This document shows positions 46,298 through 55,461 of a stretch of DNA of 64,000 nucleotides, one piece after another. Made by a program: the position numbers and the translations under genes. The notes below the pieces were generated by a model, which did no database searches, was not told where the DNA came from, and saw nothing but the letters and a program-made list of their open reading frames with translations. The number at the start of each line of letters is the position of its first letter. The first letter of the stretch is position 1. This DNA comes from Thermoplasmata archaeon. GTDB taxonomy: Archaea > Thermoplasmatota > E2 > DHVEG-1. The stretch is from positions 1,408 through 65,407 of the forward strand of contig DQIQ01000003.1 of NCBI GenBank assembly GCA_003942085.1, in the 5' to 3' direction.

Positions 46298-48208
46298 ATG
46301 ACCGTTGATGATGTTTTAGCAGAAATTCGAGGCAAGATTCGAGGTTCAATACCAGCAAGTGTTGATATTTCCGAAGTAGAATTTGAAGGGGCGCTTCTTG
46401 TAATTTACACCAAGACGCCTGATAAATTTGCCAATAATAAGGATCTTGTAAAGAATATGGCAAAGAGTCTTCAGAAGCGTATCGTGGTTCGTCCTGACCC
46501 AACAGTTCTTACTGACATTGATATCGCCGAAAAGAAAATACGGCAGATTATCCCTAAAGATGCAGAAATAACCAATATCTATTTTCAACCTGATGTCGGT
46601 GAAGTCACCATTGAGGCTCTGAAGCCTGGTGCTGCGATTGGACGAGAAGGCCAGCTATTAAACGAGATACGTAAGAAGATCAACTGGGCTCCAAGTATAG
46701 TTCGCGCGCCACCGATTCAATCAAAAACCGTTCAGGAGATACGTGGGTACCTTCGCTCGATGAGTGATGAACGGAAAGATATTCTGCGAAAAATCGGTCG
46801 GAAGATTCATCGTGGTTCTTCAACTGGGGAGAAATACATCCGTATGATCGCCTTGGGTGGATTCCGAGAGGTAGGTCGATCCTGTTCGATGTTACACACC
46901 CAGGATAGCAAAGTGTTAATTGATTGTGGTATTGATGTTTCTTCGGAGAATAACGGATCACCCTACATTCATCTCCCCGAGGTGCTTCCTTTAGAGAAAA
47001 TCGATGCGGTTGTCATCACGCATGCTCACCTTGATCATTGCGGGTTAGTCCCTATTTTATACAAATACGGATATGATGGTCCTATCTATTGTACGCCACC
47101 TACACGAGACCTTATGACGTTGCTGCAGATGGATTACATCAAGGTTGCCGCTGCAGACGCTAAAAAGATTCCCTACTCATCAGAGAATATACGTAATGTG
47201 ATTAAACATTGCATCGTGATGGGTTATGGAGATACGACCGATATCACCCCTGATATTCGGCTCACGTTCCATAACGCTGGGCATATTCTCGGCTCATCGA
47301 TTTGTCATTTCCATATCGGAGATGGTCTCTACAACATTGCATTCTCCGGTGACATTAAATTTGAGCGCACGTGGTTATTTAACCCGGCGATAAATCATTT
47401 CCCTCGCGCAGAGGCTCTTGTCATTGAATCGACCTATGGTGGTCATGATGATTTTCAGCCAAGCCGGAAAGAAGCCACAGATCGACTAAAGGATATCATT
47501 CGCACTTCGATGAAGAAAAAAGGAAAAGTCCTTGTTCCTGTGTTTGCCGTTGGAAGAAGCCAGGAGGTTATGATCGTCCTGGAGAGCCTGGTGAAAATGA
47601 AAGAGATACCTGAAGTCCCGGTCTATCTTGATGGGATGATCTGGGAGGCTACCGCTATTCACACGGCTTACCCGGAGTATCTGAACAACAGGCTGAGGAC
47701 GCAAATCTTCCAACAGGGGGATAACCCCTTGCTTTCTGAGATTTTCAAACGAGTCGACAGCGGTGAGATGCGAGAGAAAATACTTGCTGAAAAAGACCCC
47801 TGTGTCGTGCTTGCCACCAGTGGTATGATGAACGGTGGTCCGGTCATGGAGTATTTTAAGCACTGGTCAGGGGAAGCAAAGAACACCTTGGTGTTCGTCG
47901 GATATCAGGCGGAAGGTACCATTGGTCGCCGGATCCAACGGGGCGCAAAGGAGATACCTATGAATATCGGAGGTAATCTCGTAAGCCTGCCTGTTGAGAT
48001 GAACGTGGAAACATGCGATGGGTTCTCCGGGCATAGCGACCGCAGACAGCTCGTTGGATACATTAACAACATGTCTCCGCGTCCCGAACGCGTCGTGTTT
48101 GGTCATGGTGAGGAATCAAAATGTGTTGATCTGTCATCGACGATTCATAAACGACTGAACATAAACACGGCAGCTCCCTTCAATCTCGAGAGCATCAGGT
48201 TCGTTTAA
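46298..48208 (+). CDS. fttA: aCPSF1 beta-CASP ribonuclease (KH domains + metallo-beta-lactamase + beta-CASP), transcription termination factor FttA orthologue
   Basis: N-terminal KH-like repeats, MBL motif ITHAHLDHCG, the beta-CASP region, and C-terminal GFSGHSDRRQL...VFGHGE. A length of 636 aa is typical of aCPSF1. Confidence 0.9.
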   Translation: MTVDDVLAEIRGKIRGSIPASVDISEVEFEGALLVIYTKTPDKFANNKDLVKNMAKSLQKRIVVRPDPTVLTDIDIAEKKIRQIIPKDAEITNIYFQPDVGEVTIEALKPGAAIGREGQLLNEIRKKINWAPSIVRAPPIQSKTVQEIRGYLRSMSDERKDILRKIGRKIHRGSSTGEKYIRMIALGGFREVGRSCSMLHTQDSKVLIDCGIDVSSENNGSPYIHLPEVLPLEKIDAVVITHAHLDHCGLVPILYKYGYDGPIYCTPPTRDLMTLLQMDYIKVAAADAKKIPYSSENIRNVIKHCIVMGYGDTTDITPDIRLTFHNAGHILGSSICHFHIGDGLYNIAFSGDIKFERTWLFNPAINHFPRAEALVIESTYGGHDDFQPSRKEATDRLKDIIRTSMKKKGKVLVPVFAVGRSQEVMIVLESLVKMKEIPEVPVYLDGMIWEATAIHTAYPEYLNNRLRTQIFQQGDNPLLSEIFKRVDSGEMREKILAEKDPCVVLATSGMMNGGPVMEYFKHWSGEAKNTLVFVGYQAEGTIGRRIQRGAKEIPMNIGGNLVSLPVEMNVETCDGFSGHSDRRQLVGYINNMSPRPERVVFGHGEESKCVDLSSTIHKRLNINTAAPFNLESIRFV

Positions 48209-48221
48209 AAACCATTTTTTT

Positions 48222-49301
48222 TTATAATGATTGGACACGCTGGCAGACGTAAAGATTCACTTTTGTGTGAAGCACGCACATCTCTTGTATAACGTTTGGG
48301 TCGCTTGGAGCAAAGCTTTTACCAAGTTCAATCGTGTACGCAAGCACGCCATAGGTCCCATACATCCAATCTGACGCATCCCCGATGGTTGGATATAAAT
48401 TAACTGATTGATCATAATGGTAGTCATTGATGTTGGAGATATTTTCACCAATGGAAACAAAAACTGGTTTGTCTTTTGCAGGAAGTATGGTATAGCCCCA
48501 GGGGAACAGAATTAATTCTCCATAGGTATGATAGGATATTGAAATAGTAATTTTGTGTGTGTCCATGAACTGTCGGATGGCTTGTGTTTCGTTTTCACTG
48601 AATGGTCGTTGCCCTCGGTAAGCGTCATTGTTATCAAAGACACTGGTCGAACCAATATATAATGGAGCTAAAAGGAAAAAACGTAGCCAGCGATAACCAT
48701 AGTTTCTATTCAGGTCTACGCCAACAGAGGTTATTTCTGTTTTATATCCAAATGAACCACGGTTTGGTTCAAGGTTTTTTCGTGTTCCAGCTTCGACGCC
48801 ATCTGGGTTTACCATAGGGATGACATAGATCTGTGTGCTGTTGATGGTGGACCGTATCTCGGGGAGGCTGTTGTTTTCGTACTGTTCAACCATGTATTGG
48901 ATAAAAAATAGACACACCTCGTAACTTGGTTTTTCATTGCCATGATGCGCTCCCATGAACAGAACGCCCGGTTCAACCTCCTCCTGGTTCACGTTATCGG
49001 AGAGCTTCACCATCCACAGGTCCCTTCCTTCGTAGGTCTTCCCAATCGAGCTTAAAGACATGATGTCAGAGTGGTTCATCGCGAGATTCTGGAGGATTAC
49101 GGTCAATTCGTCATAGGTATGATAGAGACCTGCAGGGGTTTTCAATGGTAGGGGGTCATGTATGTCCTTCAGACGTTGTTCACGGACCGACCTAAGCAGC
49201 AAATCGCTCTCTTGTGTCCTCCAAGAAGATGTTGCCTGTATAGGTGGTACAATAAGTAATCCAATGAACATGATGGTTAGAGCGAACGTGCTTTTTCTCA
49301 T
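48222..49301 (-). CDS. Secreted M14-family zinc carboxypeptidase
   Basis: Signal-like MRKSTFALTIMFIGLLIVPPIQA, zinc motif GAHHGNEKPSYE (HxxE), VDLNRNYG, and a second His context ISYHTYGE. Confidence 0.8.
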   Translation of the reverse strand: MRKSTFALTIMFIGLLIVPPIQATSSWRTQESDLLLRSVREQRLKDIHDPLPLKTPAGLYHTYDELTVILQNLAMNHSDIMSLSSIGKTYEGRDLWMVKLSDNVNQEEVEPGVLFMGAHHGNEKPSYEVCLFFIQYMVEQYENNSLPEIRSTINSTQIYVIPMVNPDGVEAGTRKNLEPNRGSFGYKTEITSVGVDLNRNYGYRWLRFFLLAPLYIGSTSVFDNNDAYRGQRPFSENETQAIRQFMDTHKITISISYHTYGELILFPWGYTILPAKDKPVFVSIGENISNINDYHYDQSVNLYPTIGDASDWMYGTYGVLAYTIELGKSFAPSDPNVIQEMCVLHTKVNLYVCQRVQSL

Positions 49302-49386
49302 AAATCAGCCTCTTAATAACAGACCTACCTCTTTATTATTCTTTCTCCTTTATAAAGATAACTGTTTTCCATGAAAAAAAGACGGA

Positions 49387-50577
49387 CTACACAAGGGTTG
49401 CTTCTTTTCGTCCGATCAGAAGGACCGCAAGATACGTGGGGACCTCCTGTTTACCTTCACCTAAGTGGTAATTCTGGTTGTTCATATCCATGTTTACCTC
49501 TCGATGAACATTGATTTGGACAGGATCCTCAGGTAACACGACCGCGTCTCTGAGCGGATCAAAGTCTTTCAAATCGTCAACATCGATTTTCACAACCTTT
49601 AGCCCGGTCTTCCCATGCAACGATGACGGCAACCGAATCAGGCGTTTCACATCACACGTCACTGGCTCATCGGTCTCCCCTGCACTCAGCGATACCGCAG
49701 TTTTCCGCAGAGCACTATTCAAGAAGAACTTACGAATGGTCTTTGATTGATCAAGCATCCCGTCTTTTATCCGTTGCACACGCTCCTCTGAGAGGTCCTG
49801 CACGAGTCGTTCTGCATCACGAGCATTCACCCCATATTCCTCTAATTTTTTCTCGGGATTGTCGCTTTTTTTAATTTCATTAACCAGTTCGATAATTCCT
49901 CGGCTAATCCTGCCTTTCCATCCATCCTGATCAGGTGTCGGCATCTTCAGACTTTTTCCGCTCGCAAATGAATGGCCCCCGTAGCTCTTTCTCCCGGTCG
50001 CCTGCTCATGGAAGATGATGGAATCCTGTAGGTCACGACCCGTAATATAATCCACGATCTCTCGTCGTTCATTGCTATCCAAATCAAGAATCGCAGTATC
50101 CTTCACATGACAATGATAGCCCCTGCCCCCGCTGAAATAAAGTTCCATATGTTTTTCTTTAAACCCAAAATCACCAAGTAAAAACTCGTCAATCAATTTG
50201 ATGAATTCTTTTTTCACTTCGATGAGGGATTCGACATATCCCATTTTTTCTGCATTGGGGAGATGATCGGAATCTAAATCAAAGATAAGTTCAGCACCCA
50301 TCCATATTTTATCAGTCATTTTCGCTGCATCTGGATGCTGGTAATATGCAGAGGAATAGTACGCGTGCTGAGGAGCCCGCTCGGTAAAGAAATTCCAGAT
50401 CATTTCTCGTTTCTCAAAGCCCAGGTGTCGCACCATACCCTTTCCGCCAAAGAGGATAAAAGCAAACTCTCTGCGCCCAAAACGGTCTGGGAGTACTACT
50501 TTATTGGATGCGTAATACGTTTGAAACGAGTTTTTTAAAAACTCAATTGATCTTTGAATCGAATTTTCGTCTCCCAT
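49387..50577 (-). CDS. priS: DNA primase catalytic (small) subunit PriS
   Basis: FGRREFAFILF...MVRHLGF and the catalytic acidic motif ELIFDLDSDH, then GGRGYHCHV and SLHGKTG. The ATG at 50575-50577 is preferred over the TTG at 50586. Confidence 0.85.
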   Translation of the reverse strand: MGDENSIQRSIEFLKNSFQTYYASNKVVLPDRFGRREFAFILFGGKGMVRHLGFEKREMIWNFFTERAPQHAYYSSAYYQHPDAAKMTDKIWMGAELIFDLDSDHLPNAEKMGYVESLIEVKKEFIKLIDEFLLGDFGFKEKHMELYFSGGRGYHCHVKDTAILDLDSNERREIVDYITGRDLQDSIIFHEQATGRKSYGGHSFASGKSLKMPTPDQDGWKGRISRGIIELVNEIKKSDNPEKKLEEYGVNARDAERLVQDLSEERVQRIKDGMLDQSKTIRKFFLNSALRKTAVSLSAGETDEPVTCDVKRLIRLPSSLHGKTGLKVVKIDVDDLKDFDPLRDAVVLPEDPVQINVHREVNMDMNNQNYHLGEGKQEVPTYLAVLLIGRKEATLV

Positions 50578-50665
50578 GGCAAACAATCAAAATACCATAC
50601 CGGTGTATAATCTTTATCCACCCTGGAAGATAAAGTTATATTAACAGTAGGCATTACCCTGTCTC

Positions 50666-51844
50666 ATGGGTAATATTATTGAAGATGAACTGTTTTCATC
50701 GTCCGTAATCAAAGATATTCATGCGCTTGATTTTGATTATGTTCCAAGCGAGCTACCTCATAGAGCCGAGCAGCTCAAAAAACTTGCTCAGATGTTTAAA
50801 CCTCTCTTTGCAAACATGGCGCAAAATGCATTCATTAGAGGACCGGTTGGAACCGGTAAAACCGCGATGGTAAAGTATTTCTGCCAGTCTCTTGTTCAGA
50901 TTGCGCGGAAACAAGGAAAAATAGTCGAATACGTCCATATCAACTGCCGGAAACGGTCCTCGTATGCGATGGTTCTTCTTGGTGTTTTGAACCATTTTGA
51001 TTCACGGTTCCCTGATCGAGGGTTTTCTGTACAGGAAATGTTGGAAATTCTTCGTACGCATCTCCAACGAAAAGAAGCGCAACTCATTCTTGTGCTTGAT
51101 GAGGTGGATGCGTTGATGAAAAAAGGCGGATCAACTCTGATTTACGATCTCACCAGGTTCAACGATGAAACCCTGAAGACAGGGAATCCCGTGTCTGTTA
51201 TCATGATTTCTCAGAAGGATATATTCGCTGATTTAGAAGAGGCGGCACTCAGCACGTTTAAACGGAGCAACATAGTTGTTTTAGAGAAATATATACGCGA
51301 TGAGCTGTATGATATCGTACGGCAGCGTGTCAGCCTTGCGTTCCATACAAACACGGTCCTGGGTGAGAGCATTGATCTCATCGCCGATATCGCCAGTGAG
51401 TTTGGCGATGCACGGTTCTCTATAGAGCTGCTATGGAAAGCAGGGATGTATGCAGATGAGAAACATGCAAAACAGGTGGTGCCAGAGCATGTGCGTGCGG
51501 CAAAAGCAGAAACATACTCGGTCGTCACGGAAACGAAGTTGAAGAATCTTGGAAGGCATCAATTGCTTGCATTGCTCTCGATTGCCAAACGACTGCAAAA
51601 GGAAGGAGCTGCGTACGCGAATACTGGTGAAGTGGAGAAGACATATGCGATCACCTGCGAGGAGTATCACGAGGATGCCAGGGCGCATACGATGTTTTGG
51701 AACTATCTGAAGGAAATCGAACAAGCTGGGTTTATCAGAGTGAAACCTTCTGGGAAAGGTCAGGTTGGTGCCTCACAGTTCATCTCTCTTCCTGATATCC
51801 CTGCTGAGGTCTTGCGCGGTAAATTAGAGGAGCTTCTCGCATAA
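50666..51844 (+). CDS. cdc6: Orc1/Cdc6 replication initiator
   Basis: LPHRAEQLKKLA, Walker A IRGPVGTGKT, Walker B LILVLDEVD, and a C-terminal winged-helix region; 392 aa. Confidence 0.9.
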   Translation: MGNIIEDELFSSSVIKDIHALDFDYVPSELPHRAEQLKKLAQMFKPLFANMAQNAFIRGPVGTGKTAMVKYFCQSLVQIARKQGKIVEYVHINCRKRSSYAMVLLGVLNHFDSRFPDRGFSVQEMLEILRTHLQRKEAQLILVLDEVDALMKKGGSTLIYDLTRFNDETLKTGNPVSVIMISQKDIFADLEEAALSTFKRSNIVVLEKYIRDELYDIVRQRVSLAFHTNTVLGESIDLIADIASEFGDARFSIELLWKAGMYADEKHAKQVVPEHVRAAKAETYSVVTETKLKNLGRHQLLALLSIAKRLQKEGAAYANTGEVEKTYAITCEEYHEDARAHTMFWNYLKEIEQAGFIRVKPSGKGQVGASQFISLPDIPAEVLRGKLEELLA

Positions 51845-52528
51845 ATTGGTAAGGCCGCACCTATTGCAGCTTGGGTTTTTTTTCCAGCAGTACCTTTTTG
51901 CGAGTTCCACGAGCAGGGCATGGAATTCTTGGTAGGTCGACACCAGTTCTTTTTTTGGGACTATGCACTGAAGTTCGTGGTCAAAAAAATGTTGGATATC
52001 GTCATAGGAATCGTTTATTACTTCAAAAGGGAGTCGCTGACAGATACGTTTCGTATAAGAATCTACGACAAAAACAGGGTGGTTTCCTGCGTATAAAAGA
52101 ATCGAATCCGCTGTTTCAGGACCAATCCCCTTCAGGGAGCGTAACTCAGTACGGATCTCTGCTGTATTTCGTGAAAAAAACTTCTGCAGGTCATCCTGAT
52201 ATTCCTTATGGATGTAGGCTGAAAAGAGCTTGAGACGCCCTGCTTTTTGATTGAAGAACCCTGAGGGCTGTATCATGATTTTCAGGCTTTCTTCCTCTGT
52301 ATGCATTATGGCATGAATCGTGAGTGCCTTTTGTTTCTTCAGATTGTGTAATGCTTTTTCCACATTCGTCCAGGCAGTATTCTGGGTGAGAATGGCGCCG
52401 ATCATGATTTCAAAACGAGGGTCGCTTTTTTGATCTTGATGGTACTGCTTATCGATAGGCCACCAGTGCTGAGGCCCAAAATCATCCAATAATATATCAT
52501 AGAGATGCTTTGGTGAAATCGTCGTCAT
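51824..52528 (-). CDS. Endonuclease III-related HhH-GPD protein with C-terminal Fe-S Cys cluster
   Basis: HhH motif LRSLKGIGPETADSILLYA and a C-terminal CWKKNPSCNRCGLTNLC. Its 3' end overlaps the cdc6 3' end by 21 nt (convergent). Confidence 0.75.
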   Translation of the reverse strand: MTTISPKHLYDILLDDFGPQHWWPIDKQYHQDQKSDPRFEIMIGAILTQNTAWTNVEKALHNLKKQKALTIHAIMHTEEESLKIMIQPSGFFNQKAGRLKLFSAYIHKEYQDDLQKFFSRNTAEIRTELRSLKGIGPETADSILLYAGNHPVFVVDSYTKRICQRLPFEVINDSYDDIQHFFDHELQCIVPKKELVSTYQEFHALLVELAKRYCWKKNPSCNRCGLTNLCEKLL

Positions 52529-52545
52529 AGCTCTTCCTGAAGATA

Positions 52546-53175
52546 TTATAGGTTTTTTTCGACGATACCAAGGACTTCTGCTGATTTTTGCATCGCATTT
52601 TGCAGGAGATCATGCAGCTCATTAGAAACCTGTTGGACGTAATCGGTATCTTTGATTGAACTGAGGTTGATGCGGACGTTTAGCATCGCAGCCTGCACTC
52701 CTGTCTGTGCCATTAACGCTGAGACCGCTGCATCGCTGATAGAACTCTTATTTCCTTTTTCAGCAGCAATTCTGGCGATATCAAGGAGTTGAGTACATTT
52801 TCGTGCTGTCTCTAATGGAACTTCTGCTGCTTGTTTAAACGCGGTTTGCAGTGCCTGTCGTCTGAGTTCTTTTTGGCTTTCAGTCTCTTTTGGCATTTGT
52901 AATGTTTTTATAACTTCATTGAATGCATCAGTATCCTTATCAATAAGCTCAGTGAGATCTTTCCTGAGTCTTTCACTTTTTTCTAATATTTCCTTTATCT
53001 CAGCCTGTACATTTTCATAGCCTTGTTTTCCCCTGGTGAGGTTGCAGACCATTGAGGAGAGCGCAGCGCCTAACGCGCCTGACAAAGCTGCGACACTCCC
53101 GCCACCTGGAGCAGGGCTATTTGATGCGAGTTCGTCAAGGAACATTTTTATATTCTGCTTCACGAGTTTGGTCAT
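52546..53175 (-). CDS. Formiminotetrahydrofolate cyclodeaminase (cyclodeaminase/cyclohydrolase family)
   Basis: The signature SNSPAPGGGSVAALSGALGAALSSMV. The ATG at 53173-53175 is preferred over the GTG at 53184. Confidence 0.85.
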   Translation of the reverse strand: MTKLVKQNIKMFLDELASNSPAPGGGSVAALSGALGAALSSMVCNLTRGKQGYENVQAEIKEILEKSERLRKDLTELIDKDTDAFNEVIKTLQMPKETESQKELRRQALQTAFKQAAEVPLETARKCTQLLDIARIAAEKGNKSSISDAAVSALMAQTGVQAAMLNVRINLSSIKDTDYVQQVSNELHDLLQNAMQKSAEVLGIVEKNL

Positions 53176-53180
53176 AGGGA

Positions 53181-54089
53181 TCACTTTTTTATTTCTAAGA
53201 GCCTTTTTTCTAAAACCTGATCGACCGTGAACTTCTCAAGTCTGAGATAATGGTTTGTATTATCAACCAATGCTTCCAGGGGAATTAGTCCGACGATTTC
53301 ACTCCCGATTACTGGAACCCCGTACCGTTCTGCCTCGTTTTTTATGGTTTCAAACACGCGAAAGATCGATGTTTTTTGATAGTTCGTCAGATTCATCGAC
53401 ACTTGGACGATGCCTCGCTCTTTGATCTCAAATCCTTTTGCTTTCACATAGCGGTAGCCGCCACTGCTGTGGCGCACAACTTTTGCTATTTCATCTGCTA
53501 TCTTTATGTTCGTTGTTCCAAGGTTGACGTTGAAGGCGATGAGGAAAAATCGTGCTCCGACAGCGGTTGCTCCTGCGGTCTGGTGTATCTTGTTTGGGCC
53601 ATAGTCTGGAACTTTATTGGGGTTTTTTCCTATTTCTGCTTTGAGTCCTTCGTATTCACCTCGTCGTACATCAGCGAGGTTTCGCCGGTCTTCTCTTTTA
53701 GCTGCTTCCTCGTAGAGGTAGCAGGGGACGTTGGTTTTTTCAGAGAATTCCTTAGCAAAGTCATTGGCGAGCTGGACGCATTCACTCATACCGACTTCGG
53801 TGATCGGGATGAACGGGACGACGTCGATGGCTCCCATGCGAGGGTGTTCCCCTTTGTGTTTGTTCATATCGATAAGCTCAACACATTTGAGTGCGATTTC
53901 TAAAGCGACTGCTTTGACTGCTTCTGGAGCACCAATCAGGGTGACATCGGTGCGGTTATGATCTGCATCAGCAGTAAAATCAAGTAAGGTAACGTCCGTA
54001 TGGTTCTTTATCAAGGCATGGATTGTTTCGATCGTATGTTTATTTTTTCCTTCGCTGAAATTTGGTACGCATTCTATGAGTCGTGCCAT
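53181..54089 (-). CDS. ftcD: Glutamate formimidoyltransferase
   Basis: Canonical N-terminus MARLIECVPNFSEGKN. The ATG at 54087-54089 is preferred over the TTG at 54116. Confidence 0.9.
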   Translation of the reverse strand: MARLIECVPNFSEGKNKHTIETIHALIKNHTDVTLLDFTADADHNRTDVTLIGAPEAVKAVALEIALKCVELIDMNKHKGEHPRMGAIDVVPFIPITEVGMSECVQLANDFAKEFSEKTNVPCYLYEEAAKREDRRNLADVRRGEYEGLKAEIGKNPNKVPDYGPNKIHQTAGATAVGARFFLIAFNVNLGTTNIKIADEIAKVVRHSSGGYRYVKAKGFEIKERGIVQVSMNLTNYQKTSIFRVFETIKNEAERYGVPVIGSEIVGLIPLEALVDNTNHYLRLEKFTVDQVLEKRLLEIKK

Positions 54090-54147
54090 AGGCAAATCAC
54101 CGTAAACCTTAATCAAGTGTCATTCATTTAACTATTTGGGAACACGT

Positions 54148-55365
54148 ATGGAATCGGTCGACCTGCTCATTACTCATGCAAATGAATTGCTGACGTTGAA
54201 AGGGCCAAAAAAACCCCGGATACTGGAACAGATGAAGAAACTTAGCATCATTATAGATGGATCGGTTGCCGTACGAAATGGCCTGATCGTTGATGTCGGG
54301 CGGAATCTCCGGTACGATGCTGAGACAATCATCGATGCCACCGGTAAGCTTGTCATGCCGGGGTTTGTGGATCCTCATACACATGTGGTGTTCGCAGGGT
54401 CTCGTGAGTTTGAGCTGGGTTTGAAGCTTGCTGGGGTCCCCTACATGGAGATTCTAAAACGCGGTGGCGGTATATTTCATACCGTAGAGGCAACACGAAA
54501 AGCATCACCGGCACAGCTGTTGCAACAGAGTAAAAGACGTCTTGATACGATGCTTTCATATGGTACGACTTCTTGTGAGGCGAAAACTGGGTATGGGCTG
54601 GATGTTGGAACTGAGCTAAAGCTGTTGAAGGTTCAGAAGAAGCTTCAGAAGACCCATCCTATGGATTTGGTTTCGACTTTCCTGGGCGCGCATGCAGTCC
54701 CAAAGCATCAACAGGCAGCCGAGTATATCCGAACAGTGATTGCGGAGATGCTTCCGAAAACCAAGGGTCTGGCGCGGTTCTGTGACGTGTTTTGTGAGAA
54801 AGGGGTGTTTACGGTTCCACAAGCAAGAAAAATCCTTGAGGCGGCAAAACAGTACGGTCTTGTCCCGAAGATTCATGCTGATGAGATCGTTCATACTGGA
54901 GGAGCGTCTCTTGCAGCAGAGGTTGGTGCGATTAGTGCAGATCATCTGTTGCAATCATCAGAGGCTGGTTTGCAGGCAATGGCACAGAAAAATGTAATCG
55001 GGGTGCTTCTTCCTGGGACTCCATTTTGTTTGATGATGCAGCAGTATGCACCAGCGCGAAAGATCATTGACTGTGGTGTTCCTGTTGCACTGGCGACTGA
55101 TTTGAACCCGAATTGTTGGACCGAAAATATGCAGCTGATGATTCAGCTTGCGTGTTTGAAGATGCAGATGACTCCAGCTGAAGCGATCACTGCAGCGACG
55201 GTTAACGCCGCGTGTGCTATTGGGATGCAAAATACGGTCGGAAGTCTGGAGATAGGCAAACAGGCTGATGTTCTTATCCTTGATTGTCCGAACCATCAGT
55301 TCCTCCCCTATCATTTTGGGGTGAATCTGGTGGAAACCGTGATTAAAAAAGGTCATGTCCTCTGA
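54148..55365 (+). CDS. hutI: Imidazolonepropionase
   Basis: LVMPGFVDPHTHVVFAGSRE, KIHADE, SADHL and ATDLNPN amidohydrolase motifs. The ATG at 54148 is preferred over the TTG at 54136. Confidence 0.9.
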   Translation: MESVDLLITHANELLTLKGPKKPRILEQMKKLSIIIDGSVAVRNGLIVDVGRNLRYDAETIIDATGKLVMPGFVDPHTHVVFAGSREFELGLKLAGVPYMEILKRGGGIFHTVEATRKASPAQLLQQSKRRLDTMLSYGTTSCEAKTGYGLDVGTELKLLKVQKKLQKTHPMDLVSTFLGAHAVPKHQQAAEYIRTVIAEMLPKTKGLARFCDVFCEKGVFTVPQARKILEAAKQYGLVPKIHADEIVHTGGASLAAEVGAISADHLLQSSEAGLQAMAQKNVIGVLLPGTPFCLMMQQYAPARKIIDCGVPVALATDLNPNCWTENMQLMIQLACLKMQMTPAEAITAATVNAACAIGMQNTVGSLEIGKQADVLILDCPNHQFLPYHFGVNLVETVIKKGHVL

Positions 55366-55461
55366 TTTTTCCCTTTTTTTTGCTGTAAAAAGGATAATAT
55401 AATACAAACCAATAATTATTTGCAGAGGAATATATTAAAAATTGGGGGTTTGCTGACTTTC

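Noticed and set aside
52546-54089. Split ftcD (separate formimidoyltransferase and cyclodeaminase ORFs) as a possible frameshifted pseudogene
   Set aside because: Both ORFs are full-length with their own ATG starts and intact signature motifs. Separate genes for the two activities are common in prokaryotes.
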